From contig CAVSTD010000003.1 in the NCBI GenBank assembly GCA_963730815.1, positions 37,570 through 101,569 of the forward strand: a stretch of DNA of 64,000 bases, written 5' to 3'. Each line of letters starts with the position of its first letter. Positions within the stretch are counted from its first letter, which is position 1. This DNA is from an uncultured Thermoplasmata archaeon. GTDB lineage: Archaea; Thermoplasmatota; Thermoplasmata; Lutacidiplasmatales; UBA184. A program made the position numbers and the translations under genes. Below, one piece after another: positions 48,752-58,702 of this stretch. The notes under the pieces are model-generated. The model was given only the letters and a program-made list of their open reading frames with translations. It was not told the origin of the DNA and did not search any database.

Positions 48752-49747
48752 TTACAGGTACGACGCCCAAGCGTGGACGACCGCCCGCTCCGCCGTGGCC
48801 CACGCTTCGGGGATCTGATTCCAACCGTTCCGCTGGTCCCCCACGCAGTAGAGACCGGGGATCGGTTCCCCCGTGGCGTCCGCGAGCGCTCGGCAGTCGT
48901 CGTCCGTGACAACATAACCGTCGGCGTCGAACCGGCACCCGAGCGACCGGGGGATCGCGTCGTGCATGTCGTACCAGCCGAGAGCACTGAACCCTCGGTC
49001 GTAGGTGCGGTGACTCCCGTCGGCGAACCGAACCCCAAACACCTTCTCCCGGATCCCATCGAAGCCCACCATCTCGGTCGTGACCGCGGGGACACCCCGC
49101 TCCGCCAGGGTCGCGGCCAGCGTGGACCGCTCCGGCTCGGGAACGCCGTCGAGGAGCGGGTGACCGTGCGTCAGCAACTCGACCGATTTCGGTCGGAACG
49201 AAAGGACGTCGAGGACGGTGCGGGCCGCGAACGCGTCATGGCCGACCACCGCCACCGACCGGTCCACGAGGTCCCAACCGTCGCACAGGATGCAGAAGTC
49301 GACGATCGCCTGGTTGGCCCACGGGAAGATGGTGTCGATCTTTCCTTCCACCGCCGGGATCCGGTCGACGACTCCCATCGCGAGGACGACGGCGCGACCG
49401 CGCGCGACCTGGGTCTGCTTGAGCCAATCGAACGTCACCGCGAAGCCGTCCGGGGTCTTCTCGACGGAAGTCACCGCGGCCGGCGTGAAGTAGCCGATTC
49501 GATCTTCGTGGGCGCGCACCGCGGCAATCTGCTGGTCCAGGAGGCGGTGCCCGGACACTCCGTCGGGAAAACCGGGGATGTTCACCATGTGCGGGGCGTA
49601 GTACGAGCGCGAGTACTTCGGCCCCCGGTCGAGCAATGCGACCGAGTGCTGAAGGAGAGCTCCTTTGAGGGCTGCCTGGAGCCCGGCGTGCCCGCCGCCG
49701 ACGACCACGATATCGTAGCTCGGCGCGAGGCGGGGGAACCCGGGCAT
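48752..49747 (-). CDS. Thioredoxin-reductase-like FAD/NAD(P) oxidoreductase
   Basis: VVGGGHAG, NIPGFPDG, CILCDG redox motif, PGLYCVGD. Confidence 0.88.
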   Translation of the reverse strand: MPGFPRLAPSYDIVVVGGGHAGLQAALKGALLQHSVALLDRGPKYSRSYYAPHMVNIPGFPDGVSGHRLLDQQIAAVRAHEDRIGYFTPAAVTSVEKTPDGFAVTFDWLKQTQVARGRAVVLAMGVVDRIPAVEGKIDTIFPWANQAIVDFCILCDGWDLVDRSVAVVGHDAFAARTVLDVLSFRPKSVELLTHGHPLLDGVPEPERSTLAATLAERGVPAVTTEMVGFDGIREKVFGVRFADGSHRTYDRGFSALGWYDMHDAIPRSLGCRFDADGYVVTDDDCRALADATGEPIPGLYCVGDQRNGWNQIPEAWATAERAVVHAWASYL

Positions 49748-49859
49748 CCCGGCGAGCAGCCGGCCGGGGCATTTGATGCCTCGCCGCGCGCTCGGGCGCG
49801 ACGCCGCGAGATGCACTCTCCCGCGCGACGGTAAATGTTAAGGCCGAACCGCTTCCTCG

Positions 49860-51029
49860 GTGGCTTTCGGGTTGTCCAAGGCCGTGCCGAATCGCCTCGG
49901 AGGGGCTCGCCTCCGGGGGACGCTTTTTCTCGAGGACGGGACTCGTTTCGAGGGCGAGGGGCTCGGAGCGAGCACCCGCCGCGTGGGCGAGGTCGTGTTC
50001 ACGACCGGCATGGTGGGATATCCGGAGTCCCTTACCGACCCGTCGTTCCGTGGCCAGATCCTGACCTTCACCTATCCGTTGATCGGAAACTACGGGGTGC
50101 CCCGGCGCGGGGCCCGCGATGGCTGGGGCCTTCCGGTCCTCGAGAGCGAGGAGGTCCAGGTCCGGGGCGTCGTCGTCCGCGGGACGACCCGTCCGAACCA
50201 CTGGGCGAGCCATCGTACCCTCGATGAGTGGCTCGCCGACGAGGGTGTTCCCGGAATCGCCGGGGTCGATACCCGGCGGCTCACCGAGCATCTGCGCTCA
50301 GGGGGCGTTTTGCGCGGGGTCCTACAGGTGAGCGAGGACGACCACTCCCCGAGCGAAGAGGAACTTCGGCGGGCCATCACGAACGCGCCGGCCTACGCCG
50401 AGGAGAACTACATGGCGGAGGTCGCGCCGAAGCGCCCGATCCTGCTCGGCCCTCCCACCGGGCCTCTCGTGGCGGTACTCGATTGCGGAGTGAAGGCGAG
50501 CATCGTCCGAGCCCTGCTCGACCGGAGCGTGGGCGTGCTGCGCCTGCCGTACGACGAGGCCGTTCCCGCGAAGTGGGACGGCCGGCGGGTCTCGGGCCTC
50601 GTGGTCGGCAACGGACCGGGAGACCCCGCCGAGCTCGGCGCGACCGTCGCCGAGCTCCGGCGACCGTCGACCCGGGCCCTCCCGACCCTCGGGATTTGCC
50701 TCGGTCACCAGCTTCTCGCCCTCGCGCGGGGGGCGACGACGTTCAAGCTCAAGTACGGCCACCGCGGGCAGAACAAGACGATCTGCTTCGCGGACGGCCG
50801 GGCGCTCATCGTCAGCGAGAACCACGGGTACGCGGTCGACCCGCATTCGCTGCACGGGGCCGGCATCGACCTCTGGGCCACCAATCCGGACGACGGGACG
50901 CTCGAGGGGTTCCGCGACCGTTCCGGTCGCTTGCTGGCCCTCCAGGGCCATCCCGAGGGGCACCCTGGTCCCCAGGAAGCAGGGTTCGTCTTCGACCGGT
51001 TCGTGGGCAAGGTGAAGCGCCGCGCATGA
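49860..51029 (+). CDS. carA: Carbamoyl-phosphate synthase small subunit
   Basis: GEVVFTTGMVGY, TDPSF, NGPGDP, GICLGHQ, HPE. Confidence 0.96.
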   Translation: MAFGLSKAVPNRLGGARLRGTLFLEDGTRFEGEGLGASTRRVGEVVFTTGMVGYPESLTDPSFRGQILTFTYPLIGNYGVPRRGARDGWGLPVLESEEVQVRGVVVRGTTRPNHWASHRTLDEWLADEGVPGIAGVDTRRLTEHLRSGGVLRGVLQVSEDDHSPSEEELRRAITNAPAYAEENYMAEVAPKRPILLGPPTGPLVAVLDCGVKASIVRALLDRSVGVLRLPYDEAVPAKWDGRRVSGLVVGNGPGDPAELGATVAELRRPSTRALPTLGICLGHQLLALARGATTFKLKYGHRGQNKTICFADGRALIVSENHGYAVDPHSLHGAGIDLWATNPDDGTLEGFRDRSGRLLALQGHPEGHPGPQEAGFVFDRFVGKVKRRA

Positions 51030-54000
51030 CGCTCTCCCTGCCGAGAAAAGTCGTCCTGCTCGGCAGCGGGGCCCTCAAGATCGGGGAGGCCGGGGAATTC
51101 GACTACTCCGGCAGCCAGTGTCTCAAGGCGCTCGAGGAGGACGGGGTCTACGCGGTGATCGTGAACCCGAACATCGCGACGTTGCAGACCGACCCCCCCA
51201 AGCACGGACGGGTCTACTTCCAACCCCTCACTCCGGAGTTCGTCGCGCCGATCCTGGAAGCCGAGCGGGCCGACGGGATCCTACTTTCCTTCGGGGGTCA
51301 GACGGCGCTCAACTGCGGGGTCCAGCTCTCCGACCAGGGAGTCCTTCGCCGCACCTCGACGAAGGTGCTCGGGACCCCGCTCGCGGGGATCCGAGCGACC
51401 GAGGACCGAGCGAAGTTCGTGCGCACGATGGGAAAGGCGCGCGTGCCGACCCTTCCGAGTCGGGCGGTCTACTCCTACGAGGAGGCGCTCGAAGCGGCCG
51501 AGGTGCTCGGCTTTCCGGCGATGGTCCGCGTCGCGTTCACGCTCGGAGGCAAGGGCGGGGGGGTCGCGCGGACGAAGGAGGAGCTGCGCGAGGTCGTCGC
51601 GCGCGGCCTGCGGGCGAGCCCGGTCGGCCAGGTCCTGCTCGAACGCTACGTCGGTGAGTTCAAGCAGCTCGAGTACGAGGTCGTTCGCGATGCGAAGGGG
51701 AATACGCTCACCGTCTGCAATATGGAGAACGTCCTCGGGATGCGCGTCCATACCGGGGACAACATCGTCATCGCGCCCAGCCAGACGCTGACCGACTTCG
51801 AGTACCAGATGCTGCGCCAGGCCGCGTTGCGGGCGGCGGAGGCCTGCGGGATAGTGGGCGAGTGCAACATTCAGTTCTGCCTCGACCCGCAGAGCGAGGA
51901 GTACTACGCCATCGAGGTCAACGCCCGCCTCTCTCGGTCGAGCGCGCTCGCGAGCAAAGCGACGGGCTACCCGCTCGCCTACGTCGCCGCGAAGTTGGCG
52001 CTCGGCTACACGCTGCCCGAGCTCAAGAACCGCATCACGGGCGTGACGACCGCGGCGTTCGAACCGGCTCTCGACTACGTCGTCGTGAAGCTCCCGCGCT
52101 GGGACCTCGACAAGTTCGAGCGCGCCGACCGTCGGCTCGGCCCGGCGATGAAGTCGGTCGGCGAGGTGATGGGGATCGGCGCGTCGTTCCCCGAGGCGGT
52201 CTCGAAGGCGGTCCGCATGAGCGACCCGCGCTCGGACCTCGTGCCGCCCCCCGAGGTCCGTTCCCGCGAGGAGATCTGTCGGGACCTCGCGAGTCCCACG
52301 CCCGAGATCCTCGTGCGGGTGCTCGAGGCGCTCCGCGCCGGAATCCCTTCCGACGAGGTGAGCCGCATTTCCTGGATCGACCGCTGGTTCGTCGACGCTC
52401 TGGGGGAGATCGAGGCGGTCGACGCGACGATCGGCTCGGCCGCGGGTTCGACGCTGCCGAACGAGCTGCTGCGCCGGGCGAAGGAGCTCGGCGTGTCCGA
52501 CCGAGCGCTGGCCCGGACGGCCCGGCTCGACGAAGAGGAGGTCCATCGGCGACGGCTCGAAGCGGGGATCCGGCCGCGCGTGCGGATGATCGACACCCTC
52601 GCCGGCGAATGGCCCGCGCGCACGAACTATCTCTACCTCACGTACCGCGCGGACGCCGACGACGTACGGCCGATGCCGAGCGGCTCCGTACTGGTCATCG
52701 GCGCCGGACCGTATCGGATCGGCTCGAGCGTCGAATTCGACTGGTCGACCATGAACCTCGTGGCCGGGTTGAAGGCGGAAGGGGTCCCGGGAGTCGCGGT
52801 CCTCAACTCGAACCCGGAGACCGTGTCGACCGACTACGACCGCTCCGACCGGCTCTACTTCGAGGAGATCACCCTCGAACGGGTCCGGGACATCCACGAT
52901 TTCGAATCGTTCGGCGGGGTGGTCACGTGCGTCGGCAGCCAGCTCGCCCAGAACCTCACGCCGCTCCTTCACATGTGCGGGATCCCGATTCTCGGGACCG
53001 CGTCCGAGTCGATCGACGCGGCGGAGGACCGCGCGCGGTTCTCACGGCTGCTCGAAACGCTCGGGATTCCCCAGCCCGCGTGGCGGGCGTTCACGACCGT
53101 GGACGAAGCGAGCGGATTCGCCGACGAGGTCGGCTATCCGGTCCTGGTCCGTCCGTCGTACGTCCTCAGCGGGCAAGCGATGCGCGTCATCGCCGGTCGT
53201 ACCGACCTCGGCCGATTCCTCTCCGAAGCGGCGCGGGTCTCGCCGGAGCACCCGGTCGTGATCACGAAGTTCATCGAGGGCGCGGACGAGGTCGAGCTGG
53301 ACGGGGTTTCCGACGGGACCCGGGTGCTGGTCGGAGGGATCCTCGAACACGTCGAGCGCGCCGGGGTCCATTCGGGAGATGCGATCTTCTGCCTTCCCCC
53401 GAGGCACACGCCGCCCGAGGTCCAGAGCCAGTTGCTGGCCGCGGCCGGCGAGCTCGCTCGGACCCTACAGATCCGCGGTCCGTTCAACGTCCAGTTCCTC
53501 GTCAAGGACCTCGCCTACCAGATCATCGAGCTCAACCTGCGGGCGAGCCGTTCGCTGCCGTTCCTCACGAAGGCGACCGGAGTCCCCCTCCTCCGCGAGG
53601 CGGCGCGGGCGATGCTGGGTAAACCGCTCTCGCAGGAGGGCGTCGCCCGACTCCCTCCGGGCCGGTGGGGCGTGAAGGTACCGCAGTTCTCCTTCCTGCA
53701 GCTCTCGGGCTCCGACCCGCTCCTCGGGGTCGAGATGCAATCGACCGGGGAGGTCGCGTGCTTCGGGCCGACGTTCTCGGACGCCCTCGTGAAAGCGCTA
53801 GTCGCGACGGGCGTCAAGCTCGTCCCCCGCCGAGGGACCGCGTTCCTCTCGGTGGGCGGCCCGGTCCTTAAAGAACAACTCCTGCCCATCGCCGAACGGC
53901 TGCGGGCTCTCGGCCTCGGGATCTCGGCGACCGAGGACACCCAGGCGTTCCTCACCGCCCGAGGGGTCCGCGGCGCTCGGGTCCTGCACAAGGTCTCCGA

Positions 54001-54346
54001 ACCCGACCGGCACCCGAACGTCCTCGAGGCGCTCGACCGCGGCGAGATCGACCTGCTCCTCAACGTGCCGCTCTCGCTCACCCAGGAGAAGCTCGAGCGG
54101 ATGCTCGAGGATGAGTATGTCCTGCGCCGGCGAGCGGTCGAGCTCGGGATCCCGCTGTTCACGAGCCTCGAGGCGTTCGCGGCCTACGTCGACGGCGTCG
54201 CCTGGCTCGAAGAGCACCCGCTCACGGTGGACGCCCTCTACGGAACGCCCGAACCCGGGGTCGCGGCCGCCGAGCGACGCTCGGGGATCCCGGTGGTGCC
54301 GCGTCGCCAGCGCGGGCGCAAACGGCGCGCGCGACGCACGGCGTGA
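51026..54346 (+). CDS. carB: Carbamoyl-phosphate synthase large subunit
   Basis: LGSGALKIGEAGEFDYSG, HTGD, EVNARLSRSSALASKATGYP, second ATP-grasp domain, MGS domain. Confidence 0.97.
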   Translation: MTLSLPRKVVLLGSGALKIGEAGEFDYSGSQCLKALEEDGVYAVIVNPNIATLQTDPPKHGRVYFQPLTPEFVAPILEAERADGILLSFGGQTALNCGVQLSDQGVLRRTSTKVLGTPLAGIRATEDRAKFVRTMGKARVPTLPSRAVYSYEEALEAAEVLGFPAMVRVAFTLGGKGGGVARTKEELREVVARGLRASPVGQVLLERYVGEFKQLEYEVVRDAKGNTLTVCNMENVLGMRVHTGDNIVIAPSQTLTDFEYQMLRQAALRAAEACGIVGECNIQFCLDPQSEEYYAIEVNARLSRSSALASKATGYPLAYVAAKLALGYTLPELKNRITGVTTAAFEPALDYVVVKLPRWDLDKFERADRRLGPAMKSVGEVMGIGASFPEAVSKAVRMSDPRSDLVPPPEVRSREEICRDLASPTPEILVRVLEALRAGIPSDEVSRISWIDRWFVDALGEIEAVDATIGSAAGSTLPNELLRRAKELGVSDRALARTARLDEEEVHRRRLEAGIRPRVRMIDTLAGEWPARTNYLYLTYRADADDVRPMPSGSVLVIGAGPYRIGSSVEFDWSTMNLVAGLKAEGVPGVAVLNSNPETVSTDYDRSDRLYFEEITLERVRDIHDFESFGGVVTCVGSQLAQNLTPLLHMCGIPILGTASESIDAAEDRARFSRLLETLGIPQPAWRAFTTVDEASGFADEVGYPVLVRPSYVLSGQAMRVIAGRTDLGRFLSEAARVSPEHPVVITKFIEGADEVELDGVSDGTRVLVGGILEHVERAGVHSGDAIFCLPPRHTPPEVQSQLLAAAGELARTLQIRGPFNVQFLVKDLAYQIIELNLRASRSLPFLTKATGVPLLREAARAMLGKPLSQEGVARLPPGRWGVKVPQFSFLQLSGSDPLLGVEMQSTGEVACFGPTFSDALVKALVATGVKLVPRRGTAFLSVGGPVLKEQLLPIAERLRALGLGISATEDTQAFLTARGVRGARVLHKVSEPDRHPNVLEALDRGEIDLLLNVPLSLTQEKLERMLEDEYVLRRRAVELGIPLFTSLEAFAAYVDGVAWLEEHPLTVDALYGTPEPGVAAAERRSGIPVVPRRQRGRKRRARRTA

Positions 54347-54347
54347 C

Positions 54348-55040
54348 CTACGAGATCGGGAACTTCGTCAGCGAGTACTCGGGCACGATCGTCGACGTGT
54401 CGAGGACCTCGGGGATGCCCCGGATCCGCTCGGTCACAAAGTCGAGGACCCGCCGCTTGTTCGCCGAGCTCGGAGGGAAATCGAGCACGACCAGGATGTC
54501 CCAATCGCCCGTCAGGAAGTGGAGCTCCTTGACCTCGGTGAACGTCTCGAGCAGGCGCTTGATCTTGTCCAAGTCGCCGCCGCGCACCTTGAGGTAGGTG
54601 AACGCCCGGACGCTCTTCAAGTCGGCCGGCATGATCGCGGCGAGGTCTTCCTCGGTGAACATCTCGACGCCTTCGAGACGGCGGCCGAGCGGGGAGATGA
54701 GGACCGGGAACTTCTGGACCCCGCGCAGGTGCTCGGTGACGAGCCGCTCGAGGCGGCCGACCTTCTCGATGTCGACCACCCGCACCATGTAGCCGCGTTG
54801 GGTGGCGATCTCCTCGACCATCGCCTGGCACCGGGCCTGGTCGTCGGAGAGGAAGTAGACCGGATGGTCGCCGACCGAAGTGGCGTCGCCGGCGTTCGAC
54901 GAGATGGACGCGGGCCGGCTCGTGTTGGCGATCGTCGCTTCGGGACCGGCGTTGGCGGACGGCGTCGAGGGTCGGAAGAACGTCGTGACCGCTTTCTTCG
55001 ACTGCACGTAGAGGGTCAGTTCGTGGGAATCGTCGGGCAT
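54348..55040 (-). CDS. Thioredoxin-like domain + Lrp/AsnC ligand-binding domain protein, no HTH
   Basis: C-terminal EVKELHFLTGDWDILV...IRGIPEVLDTST; middle region VRVVDI...QKFPVLI. Confidence 0.7.
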   Translation of the reverse strand: MPDDSHELTLYVQSKKAVTTFFRPSTPSANAGPEATIANTSRPASISSNAGDATSVGDHPVYFLSDDQARCQAMVEEIATQRGYMVRVVDIEKVGRLERLVTEHLRGVQKFPVLISPLGRRLEGVEMFTEEDLAAIMPADLKSVRAFTYLKVRGGDLDKIKRLLETFTEVKELHFLTGDWDILVVLDFPPSSANKRRVLDFVTERIRGIPEVLDTSTIVPEYSLTKFPIS

Positions 55041-55151
55041 GGATGTGTCGGCGCAAGTACCGGCACGCCTATTAAACCAAGTGCGCGGGCGGCCCCCGCC
55101 CTCTCGGGCGGGGGAAAGGGTTCGCTCGAATCGGGGCCGAAGCTCGGACGC

Positions 55152-55676
55152 TCAGTAGCGCTTGTAGGAGTCGGAGCGCTCGCGCCCTCCGCCCCCGCTG
55201 CCGCCACCGCCGCCGCCGTAGCCGCCGCCACCGCCGCCACCGCCACCGTAGCGACCGCCACCGCCGCCGCCACCGCGGTCACGGTAACCGCCGCCGCCGA
55301 ACGACCGGCGCTCGCTCTCGAACTCTTGCTGGCTCATGTCGAGGGAGTTGTTCACTTCGGGGATCGCCTCGGTCGACTTCGACAGGTTCCCGTACCGGCC
55401 CACGTTCAGGCGCATGTGGCCGCGCACGAGGGACACGTAGCCGTTGTCGACGAGGATGACCTCGTCCTTCGCAATGGAACCGATCTGCTCGTTCCACAAC
55501 GAGAGGATGATCGTCGCCGTGTCGTCGCCGACCACGGCCTCGCAGACCTTCCTCGGGTCGCCGAACTTGCCCATGACCTCTTTGGCCTCGCCAACGTTGA
55601 TCACTTTGGCCAGCACGTTCACTTGCTTCGAGTTCGGCGTTAGGTCTCGCACTTTCGTCAGGGGTTTGTCTACCAT
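55152..55676 (-). CDS. ssb: Single OB-fold ssDNA-binding protein with Gly-rich tail
   Basis: KVRDL, VNVLAKV, VGDDTATIILSLWN, NGYVSLVRGHMRLNVGRYG. Confidence 0.9.
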   Translation of the reverse strand: MVDKPLTKVRDLTPNSKQVNVLAKVINVGEAKEVMGKFGDPRKVCEAVVGDDTATIILSLWNEQIGSIAKDEVILVDNGYVSLVRGHMRLNVGRYGNLSKSTEAIPEVNNSLDMSQQEFESERRSFGGGGYRDRGGGGGGGRYGGGGGGGGGYGGGGGGSGGGGRERSDSYKRY

Positions 55677-55944
55677 CTCTCTGGTCGCCTCTTCTTTCGC
55701 GTTTCGCGTTTTCTTGAGGAGTCGGGGCACAACCCTACTCTCGCGAACACTCGTCGCAGAAATAGGACGGGCGGGACGCTCGAATCGGGCTGGGCTCTGG
55801 GATTCCTCGGACGGCTGACGCCGGGGGGGGCATATAAAGCCGCGCCCATGCGCCGGTTTCGCTCGGCGGAGGGTGAGAACCCGCCTGCGGTTCGGACGGC
55901 AGGCTTTTCCGTCCCCTGCGCGTTTGCGCGGCCGGGTACCGGGT

Positions 55945-56727
55945 GTGACCCATCGCTTCGATATCGCCGTTCACTACTTCCTGCGGCGCGAGTACGAGAG
56001 CGCCGCGACGGCCTTCCGAGAGGTCGTCGGGGAGAGTCCCGCCGACCCCGCCGCGTGGGCCTACTACGGGATCTCGCTCGCCCATCTCGGGCGGGCCACC
56101 GAGGCCGAGGGGGCCCTGAGCCGGGCGATCGCGCTCGCCCCCGAGAACTCGGAGGCCTGGTTCCATCTGGGCGTCGCCCGTTCGCTTCGGGACGAATGGG
56201 CCTCCGCAGCCCAGGCGTACCGTCGAGCGGTCGCCCTCTCCCCGGGCGACCTAGTTGCCTGGCATCGGCTCGGGGTCGCCCTCGCCGAGTCCGGGGACGA
56301 GCCGTCGGCGTCCGCGGCGTTCGAGCGCGCCCTCGTCCTTTCCCGCGAGACCACCCCGGCCGTGGAAGTTCCCGAACCCGAAGGCCCCGCCGCCCCGCGA
56401 CCCGCCGCACCCCCCGCGGCCGCCCCCGAAGGGGACGACCATCTCCAAGAGACGGGCGAGCGCGAAGGGGCCCGGGAAGCGAAGAGCTGGCTCGACCTCG
56501 CGCTCTCGCTTCTGAGCCTCGGGGACGAGGAAGAAGCGGTGGCCGCCTACGAACGGGCCTACACGCTGGACCCGGAACGGGCCTCCCGCTCACTGTTCCG
56601 CCCGATGCTTCGATTGGTCACGGCCGTCCAGGACGAGTCGCCCGAAGCCGAGAGCCCGTTCCCGAACGACCCGCGCCGCCCTCCGGGCGGACCCCGTCGT
56701 TCTCCGCCCCGACCCGAGGTCGGCTGA
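55945..56727 (+). CDS. TPR protein
   Basis: AWAYYG, AWFHLG, AWHRLG and SWLDLA TPR units. Confidence 0.85.
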   Translation: MTHRFDIAVHYFLRREYESAATAFREVVGESPADPAAWAYYGISLAHLGRATEAEGALSRAIALAPENSEAWFHLGVARSLRDEWASAAQAYRRAVALSPGDLVAWHRLGVALAESGDEPSASAAFERALVLSRETTPAVEVPEPEGPAAPRPAAPPAAAPEGDDHLQETGEREGAREAKSWLDLALSLLSLGDEEEAVAAYERAYTLDPERASRSLFRPMLRLVTAVQDESPEAESPFPNDPRRPPGGPRRSPPRPEVG

Positions 56728-56728
56728 A

Positions 56729-57877
56729 CTAGATCGGCTTCGGCGCCGCCGTCACGATCGTCGACTCAGCCCAGCTCTTGACCCGCTCCCGGGCCTCGTT
56801 GTGGTACCGGTAGAATTTGTGGACCCGTTCGAGCAATTGCCCCTTGCACTCCCCGCAGAGGAGGGCGCCCGACCGACAACCGGCGGTCACCTCTTGGAAC
56901 TTATCTTCCGATTCCGCGAACCGGGTCCGCCAGAGGGCCCAGATCGAGCAGACCTCGGGCGTCGCGCCGAGGCGCCGCTGCTCCTCGACCGTCGCGCGCC
57001 CGCCGGTGAACGCGTTGCGCACCTTCCGGTCCACCGTCTCGGGCGGGTCGTTGAGGAAGAGCGCGTTGTCGGGCCGGTCGCCCGAGGTCGACATCGCGGC
57101 GTCTCCGAGAAGGCCCGTCACCATCTGGCTGTGCATCAGCGAGGGTTTCGGATACCCGAGCCCCTCCGCGATGTCCCGAGTGACCCGAAAGTGCGGGTCC
57201 TGGTCGATCCCGCAGGGGATGAGGCACGGAACGGAGTGGCCTTCGGCCCAGGAGGGCCAGAAGCACGGGACGGTCTGCAGCGCGGTATAGAAGACGAGGC
57301 CGATGTTGGTGCTCGGCTCGAACCCGAAGACCGCCTTGACGGTCGAATACGGGATCTTCCGAGCGACGCGGATCGCGAGCGGGTAGAGGGCGGCGATCGA
57401 GCGGGAATCGAAGAAGACGTGGGTTCGTTTCGGGTCGAACCCGAGGGCGAGGATGTCGTAGAGGTTCTCAAGCCCCCAGGAGGCGGTCTCCTCCCGCGTG
57501 AGCCCCGAACGGGCCCAGTACTTCTCATCGTCCGTGATCTGGATGTACATCGGTACGCCGAGACGCCGCTGGAGCCACTGGCAGAGGTCGAAGGGAACGA
57601 GATGGGACGTGTGCAGCGGCCCCGAGGGGCCCCGGCCAGAGTAGAGGAAGAACGGCTTCCCGTTCGCGAACCCGTCCAGGATCGGGGCCAAGTCGCGGTG
57701 CGAGTAGTAGATGCCGCGGGTCAGCAGCGGGTGAAGGTCGCCGCCGGTGAGGTGGTGGAGCTTCGCGAGGAGCTCGGCGGTGAGCTCCTGGGTGCCGAAC
57801 AGCTCGCGCAGGCGGGCGTAGTCGATCCGTCCCCGGACCTCGTACGGGGTGACGACGAATTCGTCCGGCTCGGGCAT
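56729..57877 (-). CDS. trpS: Tryptophanyl-tRNA synthetase (archaeal type)
   Basis: VTPYEV, YSGRGPS, HTSH, TDDEK, GIDQDPHFR, AMSTS, AFTGG. Confidence 0.95.
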   Translation of the reverse strand: MPEPDEFVVTPYEVRGRIDYARLRELFGTQELTAELLAKLHHLTGGDLHPLLTRGIYYSHRDLAPILDGFANGKPFFLYSGRGPSGPLHTSHLVPFDLCQWLQRRLGVPMYIQITDDEKYWARSGLTREETASWGLENLYDILALGFDPKRTHVFFDSRSIAALYPLAIRVARKIPYSTVKAVFGFEPSTNIGLVFYTALQTVPCFWPSWAEGHSVPCLIPCGIDQDPHFRVTRDIAEGLGYPKPSLMHSQMVTGLLGDAAMSTSGDRPDNALFLNDPPETVDRKVRNAFTGGRATVEEQRRLGATPEVCSIWALWRTRFAESEDKFQEVTAGCRSGALLCGECKGQLLERVHKFYRYHNEARERVKSWAESTIVTAAPKPI

Positions 57878-57892
57878 TCGGTGAGTTCCCCG

Positions 57893-58201
57893 TCAGCCCT
57901 CGGGGAACGTGATCTTGGAGAGAATCGCCTCACGTTCGGCCATCGGCACCCCGGCCGCGCTCAACGCCGAGGCGAAGCACTGTCGGGAGTGCTCGAAATT
58001 GATCGTATGACCGCACGCCGGGCAGCTGGCCCATCCCTGGATGAGACTTCGGAGCCCCTCCCGGGACGTCGACGTGTCCCGGCGGGCGAACCGCTCGACG
58101 AGAATCGCCCCCCCCGCGGCGTTCTCGAGGTTCGTGAGCGGGACGCGCACCGGAGTATTGCAGATGGGGCAACGCGCGGAGTTGCGGCAGGTGCACACCA
58201 T
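57893..58201 (-). CDS. Small Cys-rich Zn-binding protein
   Basis: CTC...CPIC...CPACGH...C. Confidence 0.55.
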   Translation of the reverse strand: MVCTCRNSARCPICNTPVRVPLTNLENAAGGAILVERFARRDTSTSREGLRSLIQGWASCPACGHTINFEHSRQCFASALSAAGVPMAEREAILSKITFPEG

Positions 58202-58303
58202 GAGCCCACCGGTACCTGTCGAGCGGGCCTAAAAGACCGCCGCCCCGACTTCGGGCCGCTCGAAGGATACGTTCAAATGCTACCGGCGGAAATCGCTGCG
58301 CGG

Positions 58304-58642
58304 ATGGCACTCTCCCCCTCCGACGCGGCGAACGAGCTCGGTTCCGAGCTCCTCGAGATCCTGAAACAGCTCAACCGCTCCGAGATGGAGGATACCCAGG
58401 ACCCCGGCCTCGAGGTCGAGGAGCTCCACCATTTGCTCGGCCGTGGCCCGCTCCCGCAGGTCACCAGCCCCGAGGTCGAAAAGGCCGTGCAAGTCCTTCT
58501 CGGGAACGGTTTCGTCCGGCTCGTCGACACGCCCGAATACTCCTGGGAGCGGGGCCGCGTCGTCACGGTCCGCTATACGATCACCACCGAGGGGAAGGCG
58601 TTCTTGGTCGCCCGTCTCGGCCGGACCGGACGCGTCGAGTAA
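58304..58642 (+). CDS. Small winged-helix-like protein (paralog 1)
   Basis: LLEILKQLNRSE...VLLGNGFV...YTITTEGKAFL; alternative start 58277. Confidence 0.75.
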   Translation: MALSPSDAANELGSELLEILKQLNRSEMEDTQDPGLEVEELHHLLGRGPLPQVTSPEVEKAVQVLLGNGFVRLVDTPEYSWERGRVVTVRYTITTEGKAFLVARLGRTGRVE

Positions 58643-58702
58643 GGGCCGAGTCGCCCGAGCGGAACCGTTTAAGTACCGGGCGCCCGCGTAATCCTACGCT
58701 CC

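Noticed and set aside
50228-51025. N-terminal extension or carA-carB fusion suggested by the 1372 aa ORF
   Set aside because: The extension is an off-frame shadow of carA; carB starts at ATG 51026, overlapping the carA stop.
55190-55300. GCC/CCA tandem repeats as a separate repeat element
   Set aside because: Explained by the poly-Gly coding tail of ssb.
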